A DNA stretch of 62,293 nt, counting the filler, from Hausera hauseri (taxonomy: Eukaryota): the NCBI GenBank assembly GCA_046269625.1. It is 11 parts of 11 records of this genome, joined end to end, with 100 filler letters (N's around TTAATTAATTAA, not from the genome) between each part and the next. Parts side by side here need not be neighbours in the genome. Positions count along the whole stretch, not along the records: positions 1 to 6,705 come from JBJURY010073660.1; positions 6,806 to 12,565 come from JBJURY010193193.1; 9 more parts are not named here. One strand, given 5' to 3'. A program made the position numbers and the translations under genes. Positions within the stretch are counted from its first letter, which is position 1. Each line of letters starts with the position of its first letter. Shown here piece by piece: positions 1 through 9,229 of this stretch. Under the pieces are notes generated by a model, which saw nothing but the letters and a program-made list of their open reading frames with translations, had not been told where the DNA came from and made no database searches.

Positions 1-553
1 CGGACGCTAAACGATGAAATCGACGTAAAATAACATATAAAGACGAACCAGTTGTAAGCGAGTTAAAACAGAGACAGAACATATACAAAAAGTTTTATAA
101 TACTTGAAATTTTATAAACTTGAATATATTACATTTTTTTTAAATTTATCCATTAAATATTTCATACACAAGTAAAAGACGATTGTAAAACACGTTTAAT
201 CGTGTTAAACCCGTTTAAATGGGTTTAACGCGTTTTTTAACGCATTCAAACGCATTTTTAAACGCGTTTTTAAATTGTGAATTGTGAAGCGAATATATAC
301 ATATTTTAAATATTAAACATTGTTTTAAATGAATCCCGATAATAAGCCCGTTACTGTTACCAAATGAATCTTTGTATCCGACATGACTCGAAAAAAAAGG
401 AATTCGTAGATGTGAAAAGTAGATATATTGAACTGTACAAGCGACACTCTGTCAAATTATCATGATGGTGAAAACTGAGAAAGGTAAGTGTTATAATAAC
501 AAAGATGTATGTGAACGTGTCAAATTACTACAGTAGTAGCGTATAAAAACCAT

Positions 554-770
554 TACATACCTTTAACGTACCCACATTCGCAAGTAACAGACCATTGAGT
601 TACAGGTTGTTACGCCGTGTCAGAGCTATAATCTGCCACCTCGATGGTCCAGTAACAATACATACCGTAAACGTACCCACATTCGCTTGTAACAGACCAT
701 TGAGTTACAGGTTGTTATACCGTGCCAGAGCTATAGTCTGTCACACTGATGGCCCAGTGACATACCACCT
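554..770. repeat. 105-bp tandem duplication (about 2 copies)
   Basis: tacatacc..aacgtacccacattcgc..gtaacagaccattgagttacaggttgtta occurs at 554 and 659. Confidence 0.85.
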
Positions 771-1013
771 TTCATATCAGCGCAGAGGTTTATGACCATT
801 CATTCACACTGTACGTTTAGGTATTGTATTGTTCAGGAATCGGTACATTCGGTAAGATGGAACGAAATCGAGACAGTGTGGAAGATGAATAGTTATGCGT
901 CTCTATAACATCTTTGTTATCGTTAACATCCCTTTCACTATAGATAAGCTACTTTAAATTATATATAAAAAAAATGATAGATTACATAATCTTTTGGCTA
1001 ACTAATGTTAGCA

Positions 1014-4000
1014 TCAATCAAACAATCTAATTAATTCTAACGGTGATTCAAAATGGCCCCAAGCAAGGGTGTTAATGGGATCAATTGCTAGTCTTTTGTC
1101 ATCAAAGTTGACAATAGCCTTTTTATTGGTTGCTATAGTATTAATATCATGTTTTTTAGATCCAAACAATAGCATATTCCGATAAATTTCTAAATTTTCA
1201 TCGTTGAGGCAATTTTTGTAATCTTCAAATGTAATTGATTTTTTAACAACGTTCTTTTTTACACCCTTCGCCTTTTTTACTGTTACATCATTGACAGTAT
1301 GAAACGTGTATAATTTTGCTCTCAGACCTATGAATTCTGTGATAGGTATACCCGCTGTTTCATCTTTAAATTTACCCAGTACTTTTTTATTTACAACAGA
1401 ATAACTAGGGTGGTCTGGTGGATAGTCGGAAGTATCCAAGTGGTACATCACTTTGGGGTCTAATATATCATTGTAAAAATCATTTGTGATAATTTCATAG
1501 ATGAAACTATCTGTATCCATATACAACAGATTTATATTAGTATCATATTTTGGTTTCATAACGTCATAATGGAAGTAATACATTAGCGTTTTACTAAGAT
1601 CTAGGACGGCAAGACCGGTGTATATTGGTTTGTTTAGACAAACTGTATCTTTAGCCAGCTCTATTCCGATAAGGTTTTCTTTATAAATAATACGGTCTAA
1701 AAATGTTGGTTTAGAAACATATTTTAATGCTCTTTTTTCATCGGGAATTAGTTTAAAATTTATACGGTTCCTAACATTTTCCATTAATTTACCGAAAACT
1801 GAATTATTCATCAGTTTGAAAAAATCTTTTTCAAAATCATTTGTAGCGTTTTGTCGATTGAATGTGTTTAAATCAATATATTCCTTTAACCAACAGCTTT
1901 GGGTAAATTTTAAAATATTGTGCACCTTTGTAACTACTAGACCATGTTCTACTGCCTGTTTAAAAGTAGTGTAATGACAAATGTAATTTTGTTTTGATTT
2001 TAAAGTTGTCAAAAGTTTCTTATTTTTGGAACCTGGAGGTCTTTCATTTATAGGAAGAAATGGTAAATCGTTGTGCAAAGTATGTAATGACGATGGATAA
2101 TCCATATCCACTTCAAGAATGTACCCTATAGAAGAATCAATAGGAATATTGTGTAAAATGTTGTTAAGAACGGTTGCATGATCTTCGATCTTTACCCATT
2201 CAAAGTTTGAAATGGGTAGCTGTTGGTTCATAGCATAACCGTACAAATTATTTGCATCCATATAGGAAATATATTTATGTGGTTCATTTGGATTAAAGGT
2301 ATCTCTAATGTATTTGTTATTTGCAACACTATTTTTCTTCACGCAAGTGGTAATTCCACCTCTTATTCCGGCTTCTATAAAAGTGTACATGTCTACATCT
2401 GTTAAAAGTTCCAAACTGACGCCTGTTTTGTACAACATAGCGTCGAATGAGAGACCTGGTGCACTAACGTAGAAGGCTGGATCGAGATGGTATTCTCGCA
2501 GACAAAGTTTTCGGAAATTCTCAAAAACTTCACATAATAAAACGGTATCCAATTTGAGGTAAATGTCGCTGTAATCAGCAAGAGTTTTACATTTGAAGTG
2601 ATTCCAAACTCGTAAAGCATGATCGTAATCTTGCTCAGAAATGTGAGTATCGTTCAATGAGCTATAAAAATCTTCTTTAGATGGTAATTGATTTTCTTCT
2701 AATACAGACCAAGAACTGGTATACTCATATGGATAAACACCCTTTCTAGTGACAAGTTGTAAATCTTCCTCATTAAATATTTTGGAAGTGTGTATAAAAG
2801 AATCAGGGGTAAGATTGGAGACGAGTTTTTCTAAGCTGGATGCCATGAACTGAAAAGTGTCTATAAATTTTACAGACATTCTATTAGCAACTTTCTTTGT
2901 GAAAGTTATGAATTTTTCTTTTGTCCTGGGAATAATATTAATTCTTTTATCGTCATAATCTAATTCTTTTATGATGAAATGAGCGTCGTAAGAAGCCAAA
3001 TTGTGAATAAAAATAGGAATATTAATTTGCTTAATTCTTTTTAGATTACAGCTGTTGCACAAAGCAGCACGGTACCTTCCAGAAAAATGGCAATGGTCTC
3101 TGACCGCGATTAGGTTAGGACAGAATTTTTTGTTGCACATTTCACATTTCTCCGCTGCTTTAAATGCTGCTTCATCCTCTTGTGTAAAAATCATTTTTTC
3201 ATTTGTTTTTTCTATAAAATCGGCTATTTTTCTGCTTGTGTCGACTAATGTTTTCATAAAATGAGTAGGAGCGTTTGGACCTCGATAAAGAATGGGATCT
3301 TGAGGGACAATATTTTTTAGCGCCTGATGAAGTGTATCATGGCATACGAAATATAAACAATAGCTCATTGGCTCATGTTTGTGTGTTGAATAGGTAGAAG
3401 CTGACGAGGATGAAGAAGAAGAAATCGGGTCTTTTTGGTTGTCGACTGGTATGAGAAGGGATTCGAAATCTGCGTATGCCACCAGGGGAGCTGGGAACTG
3501 GTTTTGATAATTTTTGAATTGTATACTTGGGATTTCACCATTTGGTCCTTTTTGGGGTAGCATTAAACGGGCTGGTTGATTATTGAGACATCTGTTCGTG
3601 TGATAATGCATTTTACTCTCACCATCAATGTCTTTATGATAAAATTGTAAGCAACGTTTACAAATAATTACTGGCGATTTGTGTTTAGTTAGCTGTGAAT
3701 GAACTAGACGAGACAGATCGGTGATATAACAGTAATGCTGATTGGTTTCATTTTGTATATATAATAAGTCGAAATGGTCTGATTTTTCAATATTGCAAAC
3801 TTTCAAAGGAAATACAGTATTTTTATCATTTAGTCCGTAAACATTAACGGAAACGTTTTGATTATTTTTTTCAAACCGTTCAATATCTTTAAGAGTGCAT
3901 GGAAAATTTAAACCAGAAAAATTATATTTGTTTTTAATGGAAAAATATCTACTATCTAAACGGTCCCGATTTCTGCCTCTTACATATTTTGTTAGGATTG

Positions 4001-5015
4001 CATATTTAAAACATTTATTATCATTATTTTTTACATTAATTACACAGTGTTTTCTTTTAATAGCAGAAGGTAAGTCTATAAATGATGAACCGCGGAATGG
4101 ATTAAATTTATTTACCCGTAGAAGCAAACCATCTATAGAACATAAGGACCATCCGCTTCCCTTAGTTTCAAATTCCGTTTCTTCACTAATTATTTTTTTA
4201 ATAGCTCTGTCTAGTGCCCTATCAAGGTCGTTTTCGCTATATACGGTAAACTGTTTTGTTTTAAAATTTGAATTTATTTCCATTAAAGCACCCGTTGTAC
4301 TTACAAATAATTTTTCATGTGTACATTCTAACAAAAGATTAAATTTTAGAGAGTTACCATACTTAAGTAAATCACCTAGTAAAGCTATCATTGAAGGAAT
4401 TAGAGAGGTGAGATACAGTGCGATATCGTTTACATTGCTTTTTTTATTATTATGGTAATAAGTGATGAAATTTTTTTTGAATGCATTTTCTATGTTTACA
4501 AAAAGATCCGGTTCTGAAATTTCTAATCTAGGTTTCTTTGTTCTGTTTTCTATATCAAGCCCGCAACCTTCAATAATATTTGTTTTTGTTAGATTTACTC
4601 TTTTACAATTTAATTTAATATCGATTATTAAGCCATCAATAAACAATGAGTCTGAGGAAGCAATGTTTTCTATGAAAGAATGAAAGGTGTTTTCAATGAA
4701 TCTAACTTTATCTTTACTAACAATTAAAGTAGATGTGCCACTTTCAAATTTCAAATCAGTATCAAGATTACTTGTACATTCCATTACAAATTTAATTTCT
4801 AAAGAGCTGGCTTTAGATAGCAAATCTGTTAACATTTTATCAATATCAGGGGAAATCAATGATGTGAAATCAACTAGAGAAAAACTGGAAATGTTTTTAT
4901 ACAAATATGATCTAATGTTACCCGTTTCGTACATGATTTTATCAAAATTATATCTGTCTTGTTTTGACAACAGATTTTCATAGCCGTTAGGTAAAAAGAT
5001 CTTTTGAAATGACAT
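1014..5015 (-). CDS. polB: Polinton/Maverick (adintovirus-like) protein-primed DNA polymerase B, intact, 1333 aa
   Basis: Exonuclease motifs YADFES and HNLASYD, KGVYPYEY, polymerase motifs YMDANNLYG, KLMNNSVFGK, YMDTDS and KKAKGV. Internal EndoVII-like insert (CEMC...RDHCHFSGRYRAALCNSCN). N-terminal GSGW...GSSFIDLP and DNKCFKYA...HYCYI segments are typical of Polinton pPolB. Confidence 0.95.
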   Translation of the reverse strand: MSFQKIFLPNGYENLLSKQDRYNFDKIMYETGNIRSYLYKNISSFSLVDFTSLISPDIDKMLTDLLSKASSLEIKFVMECTSNLDTDLKFESGTSTLIVSKDKVRFIENTFHSFIENIASSDSLFIDGLIIDIKLNCKRVNLTKTNIIEGCGLDIENRTKKPRLEISEPDLFVNIENAFKKNFITYYHNNKKSNVNDIALYLTSLIPSMIALLGDLLKYGNSLKFNLLLECTHEKLFVSTTGALMEINSNFKTKQFTVYSENDLDRALDRAIKKIISEETEFETKGSGWSLCSIDGLLLRVNKFNPFRGSSFIDLPSAIKRKHCVINVKNNDNKCFKYAILTKYVRGRNRDRLDSRYFSIKNKYNFSGLNFPCTLKDIERFEKNNQNVSVNVYGLNDKNTVFPLKVCNIEKSDHFDLLYIQNETNQHYCYITDLSRLVHSQLTKHKSPVIICKRCLQFYHKDIDGESKMHYHTNRCLNNQPARLMLPQKGPNGEIPSIQFKNYQNQFPAPLVAYADFESLLIPVDNQKDPISSSSSSSASTYSTHKHEPMSYCLYFVCHDTLHQALKNIVPQDPILYRGPNAPTHFMKTLVDTSRKIADFIEKTNEKMIFTQEDEAAFKAAEKCEMCNKKFCPNLIAVRDHCHFSGRYRAALCNSCNLKRIKQINIPIFIHNLASYDAHFIIKELDYDDKRINIIPRTKEKFITFTKKVANRMSVKFIDTFQFMASSLEKLVSNLTPDSFIHTSKIFNEEDLQLVTRKGVYPYEYTSSWSVLEENQLPSKEDFYSSLNDTHISEQDYDHALRVWNHFKCKTLADYSDIYLKLDTVLLCEVFENFRKLCLREYHLDPAFYVSAPGLSFDAMLYKTGVSLELLTDVDMYTFIEAGIRGGITTCVKKNSVANNKYIRDTFNPNEPHKYISYMDANNLYGYAMNQQLPISNFEWVKIEDHATVLNNILHNIPIDSSIGYILEVDMDYPSSLHTLHNDLPFLPINERPPGSKNKKLLTTLKSKQNYICHYTTFKQAVEHGLVVTKVHNILKFTQSCWLKEYIDLNTFNRQNATNDFEKDFFKLMNNSVFGKLMENVRNRINFKLIPDEKRALKYVSKPTFLDRIIYKENLIGIELAKDTVCLNKPIYTGLAVLDLSKTLMYYFHYDVMKPKYDTNINLLYMDTDSFIYEIITNDFYNDILDPKVMYHLDTSDYPPDHPSYSVVNKKVLGKFKDETAGIPITEFIGLRAKLYTFHTVNDVTVKKAKGVKKNVVKKSITFEDYKNCLNDENLEIYRNMLLFGSKKHDINTIATNKKAIVNFDDKRLAIDPINTLAWGHFESPLELIRLFD

Positions 5016-5304
5016 GTTTAGATTATTAAATTAATAACGATAAATAAATGAATTTAAAAAAAAAAATTAAATTAAAATTTTATACTTTAGAGGGTAAAGT
5101 AATTTATTTAAGCTACTTTTAAAGTTAACTAAATCCAAATATAAAGTTTATTGGAAATTAATTATTATTAAAAAAAAAAAAAAAACTAGCTTGTTTGATA
5201 TTAATAACTATATACTTCCCAATCGGATACTTGATGAATGATATAGGCTGTCAACTCTGATGAAGAGCAATTAGTATCGTCTACACTCAATGAAAGCTCA
5301 AAAA

Positions 5305-5342
5305 AGACTGACAAAAAAAAGGGGTGGAACAGTACTTATATA
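5305..5342 (-). promoter_or_regulatory. Putative Pol II core promoter of polB (TATA + TCAGT initiator)
   Basis: Minus-strand TATATAAG (5342-5335) with TCAGT at 5311-5307, about 31-33 nt downstream, and about 300 nt upstream of the polB ATG. Confidence 0.6.
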
Positions 5343-6099
5343 GTATTTTTTAAAACAGGGGTACCAGCATTAAAACCAAAATTATCCTACTATTAGTAAA
5401 AAAGGGAAAAAGGGAAATTTTTTACAAGAAAAGGGAAATTTTTCACAAGATAGGGGAAATTTCAATGTGGTGTTAGAGACAAACCAGCCTAATAGTATGT
5501 TGAATCGACCTGTAGTGAAATTTGTTTTAAGTGTTTCAAAATGAGTGTTAAACTTTTTTTAGAGAGGTGGTACACATCTGAGACGGACAGTATTTCCTGT
5601 GCTCAAACTAGAAAAAGTAAAGTTGAGGGGTAACGACTGCTGGATTTTTACTACAATGGGAATTTGTACAATTTTCAATTTAGTCGACTTTGGGTGAATC
5701 TCTGCAAAACTAGCTTGCGTGCCCAGACAGGTTGAGACTTGCTAAAGACATGTTCTGACATGTCGATGGGAGAGCATTGACCTGGTCCTTTCGCGTATAA
5801 GGTTGACCTTGAAAGGGATGAGTCATGCTTAGTCTGCAGGTCGTCCTACTACCTAGGTTGTAACATGCAAAGTTGGACGGGACTACATACAGTTGGACAC
5901 AAAAATATTGCACTTATGGGAGGGGGTTATACCATTAGAATGGTATTCAAACTAGTCTTCATATAATATCTAGTCTTCCTATAGGAAAAAAATTGCAATC
6001 CCGTTTTTATCTTACTAGCACAATATTACGATGATACACGGGTGTATTTTTCTGTGGAGGCGTGTGTGCAGTATGAACAGGAGTTTGGTGTGTTGAACC

Positions 6100-6240
6100 A
6101 CCAGTCGTTCCACCGTACTACGATCAGGGGGAGGGAGGAGTCGGCCGTTGCTGGCGGGTAAAACTGGTCTTCCACCACCCGTCTCATCCTACTATGGTGG
6201 CACCGGGGTTTTATAACAAAAATACAATTGTACTCTCTCT
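6100..6240 (-). mobile_element. Probable Polinton terminus (start of TIR)
   Basis: Minus strand begins AGAGAGAGTACAA followed by a GC-rich block. Sequence character changes to AT-rich repeats after 6240. Polinton ends are known to start with AG-based short repeats. Confidence 0.55.
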
Positions 6241-6344
6241 CCATCTATCTATACCTTATGCTATATATAAATACTATAACTCATATTAAGGCGAGCAGTA
6301 AATTACTACACAAAATGTTATTAGAAATACAGATATTAATTTAC

Positions 6345-6565
6345 AATATATTAATTAAGGTGAACAGTATTTCTTTTGGATATATTATTAATGCTAGCAG
6401 ACGACGTTCGGCGACACTAGCGCTGTAGTTCTAATTAATAGAAATATAACCAATTATAGATATTATTTAACATTATATTAATTAAGGTGAGCAATAATTT
6501 TCTCATATATATATTATTAATGCTAGCAGACGACGTTCGGCGACACTAGCGCTGTAGTTCTAATT
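6345..6565. repeat. ~129-bp-period direct repeat in flanking DNA
   Basis: atattattaatgctagcagacgacgttcggcgacactagcgctgtagttctaatt is present twice (gctagc at 6393 and 6522), with a partial third gcgacactagcgct at 6580. Confidence 0.85.
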
Positions 6566-6705
6566 TCTTCCGCACTAATGCGACACTAGCGCTCCACTTC
6601 ATCTGGTGGCAAAAATTGGAACTATGTGCCAGAACCGGCATAACATATCTACTGAACTCATTAGAGAGTAATAGGATATTCAAAATTCAGAAGAAAATAT
6701 TACGC

Positions 6706-6805
6706 NNNNNNNNNNNNNNNNNNNNNNNNNNNNNNNNNNNNNNNNNNNNTTAATTAATTAANNNNNNNNNNNNNNNNNNNNNNNNNNNNNNNNNNNNNNN
6801 NNNNN
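6706..6805. other. Artificial contig linker (N44-TTAATTAATTAA-N44); the same linker occurs at 12566, 18431, 22472, 27244, 33025, 38063, 42449, 51620 and 57498
   Basis: Identical 100-bp spacer with a six-frame stop core, repeated ten times. Confidence 0.99.
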
Positions 6806-7169
6806 GGTCAATTCGACAAGGGTAAGTTCAGTGGTGCGGTCGGATTTTGCGTGTCGCAAAAGACAAAGCCGGGAAATGCAAAAGAATAAAAACGAACTTT
6901 TTCCAGAAGCAAAATTTGAGCGGGGATGAATAGGAGAAAGTGTAGGGTAGAGTATGAGGCGTTTTAATGATTGGGAAACATGGGGGTTCGCATGTTTACG
7001 GGAAAGTCGGTCAAAAGAGAGAAGAAAAGGTAGCGCCAATGGAAACTCAGGTGAATATCAATGGATCCATTGATGTTAACGCCAGTAAATGAACGGTTTG
7101 TGATCAAATCGACAACGGCAAGTTCAGTGGTGCGGTCGGTTTTGCGTGTCGCAGAAGACAAAGCCCGGA
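6806..7169. repeat. ~68-bp imperfect direct repeat (6806-6874 and 7102-7169)
   Basis: Shared core aagttcagtggtgcggtcgg(a)ttttgcgtgtcgca.aagacaaagcc. Confidence 0.85.
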
Positions 7170-8172
7170 TACGACGACGAGTTGACACGTGCAATGGTGA
7201 GGCGTGACGTGAAACAGGTATGCGTTACGCGCCAGACATGCCTGCATGCAAAATGAAATAATGAATTTTGACGTAAAGCGTGTGTGTGTATCCAAAAGCT
7301 CATGTTAATGGAAATTTTGTACTTTTTCTCATGATTCGTTCTATTGCTAGTGGTGTAAAGGGTAGTGTGTCGAAATAATGGACATTTGGTTAGATATGGT
7401 TTTATTTAGGAGTCACTGTTTTCACAAAGTCAATAGTACTTGTCAACAGTACTTTGCGAAAACAGAAGATAAATATTAGTTTATTTTTATTTTTCTTTTA
7501 ATAATTTTTATATTAGTAATAATTTTAATTTCTTTTTATTTAATTTACCCACCATTTCCCTACGTGACCTAGTTTTTGGACAACACCTTTCCTCGCCTAC
7601 CTCGTTCTGAGTAATGAGAAAACAAAACATTTACATCAAACTTTTATTCTTTTTATATTGTACAATTACTACTACCACTACTACTAAATCTTTCGAGTCA
7701 ATTCGGATTACACAAACCACAAGGATTATCCAATTCCGAAGAAGAAGAAGAATGATCCAGACCGTTGGAATTAATCATTTTGCAATATTGCGTCAAGCAA
7801 ATTTCATCTGCTGACTGCCGCGTAGGAATGTAATCCGTCTGACTACTACCACTATGTTTGATAAAATCGGTCATAAATTGACGTACTTGACGAGAATTAT
7901 TATTATCGTCCAACGTCGTCGTCGTCGTCATTTTTCCACCAAATATGCAAAAAATCTTACGGAATAAAACTTCCATATCACCAACAACCTGCTTCATATG
8001 GCGTAAGTAGGGTTCTAGTGCCCTCCAATTCTGCTCAGCAAGTAGGAGTCTCTTAAGGAGGCAAATACCGAGCATTGTCCAAAGGACGATCAAAATTGTA
8101 CAGGTGGTTCCTGAGACCGTCGAATGAGTTGTATAAGCTAATGAGTTGTGTCAAGTCAGACATTGTATAATC

Positions 8173-8547
8173 TTATGGGAAAGAAACACAAGTATTTATA
8201 CCGCAATGTAGATTGAACACAAAATAAATTGCATTAATACATAAAAACAAACACGTATCGAAATTATATGTGTGGTCAATCAACTTTTTCTTTATAATAC
8301 AAAGCGGAGCAGTAAATACAAGTCCAATGACAAAACTAATCCATCGTTGTTGTTGTTGTTGTCGTTTTCGTCTTATTTCATTCTCGATATGTTTTATGAA
8401 GAGATATCTGACTATCAATTCAATATACTCTCTCCTGCTCATTGTTCTCGTTTCTGTCAGTTCACATAAAAACTGCACATCAAACACATGTCCCATAATT
8501 GTGTCATCGGTCAATTTCTGAATCTCACTTTCAATGTACTGTTCCAT
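8173..8547 (-). CDS. Hypothetical protein (124 aa) with hydrophobic C-terminal half; probable Polinton accessory ORF
   Basis: ATG-initiated ORF. Helical acidic N-terminus, poly-Q, then WISFVIGLVFTAPLCII. Divergent from the polB remnant. No family recognised. Confidence 0.35.
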   Translation of the reverse strand: MEQYIESEIQKLTDDTIMGHVFDVQFLCELTETRTMSRREYIELIVRYLFIKHIENEIRRKRQQQQQRWISFVIGLVFTAPLCIIKKKLIDHTYNFDTCLFLCINAIYFVFNLHCGINTCVSFP

Positions 8548-8846
8548 TTGATTAGTAGTAGTAGTATGGGGAACAAATGTTTATAACAGAATAAGGGAAT
8601 TTCACAGACTATTCGGGTTATGTGTTTTAATTTATTTTATTTAGAATTTTAATCTATTTTAAATGTTAATTTGTTTAAATTAAGAAATGCAAGCAATATC
8701 CGATGTATTGCGTCTTTCGCATACATGCGGAGAGTAATCAGTGCCATCAACAGATGGCGAAATATTACAGCATTGGTTCGGACTCATAGCTGTGTCCGAC
8801 GTATAATAATATTTTAGCCCAATTTCCGTACTCCGATTAATATGAG

Positions 8847-9185
8847 ATGCACAAGCATCATCTCGGACCGTTTACACGGCCGAAGAAGATAATGCTAGTG
8901 CATTGCCCTATGTACCCACGATACTGTACAAGTACAGTGGACGACGTTGATGGTTGCCATAGTGCAATGAAGCAATACTATGGCGCCACAACAGTGCACG
9001 GTAAACGGGCCTACGTTTGTCCCAGTTGTTGTTCTATTGTTAATGAAATCAACTATAATCAATTTTATAATGAGCACCGGGACCACTTGAACCAGTTTCA
9101 GAGGTCCAAAAAGAAAATATTAATGGAGGCAAAAATGCAGTATTCCCTCAACAAGCAGGAAACGTTAAGCATCAACAAGTCTTGA
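8847..9185 (+). CDS. Hypothetical Cys/His-containing protein (112 aa) upstream of the polB remnant
   Basis: ATG ORF with HCPMYPRYC, GCH and CPSCC motifs. No family recognised. Confidence 0.35.
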   Translation: MHKHHLGPFTRPKKIMLVHCPMYPRYCTSTVDDVDGCHSAMKQYYGATTVHGKRAYVCPSCCSIVNEINYNQFYNEHRDHLNQFQRSKKKILMEAKMQYSLNKQETLSINKS

Positions 9186-9229
9186 CGAATACCTGCAAAG
9201 CAGCAATACAGACCAGCAGCAGCATCAGC

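Noticed and set aside
547-790. Minus-strand frame suggesting TAA reassignment
   Set aside because: The neighbouring 4-kb polB reads through in the standard code with no in-frame TAA, so there is no support for an alternative code.
3055-4983. Plus-strand ORFs (69-187 aa) opposite polB
   Set aside because: Antisense shadows of the long polB ORF. The same applies to 20123-20740, 23608-24081 and the antisense ORFs within 44051-50914.
6750-6761. Recurrent TTAATTAATTAA motif
   Set aside because: Artificial six-frame stop linker inside N runs. ORFs containing X that run into it are artefacts.
8553-8570. AGTAGTAGTAGT as a Polinton terminus
   Set aside because: It lacks the downstream N6-WTGSC core and lies in the leader of ORF 8173-8547; the contig has other (ACT)n runs. 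The same applies to agtagtagcg at 532.
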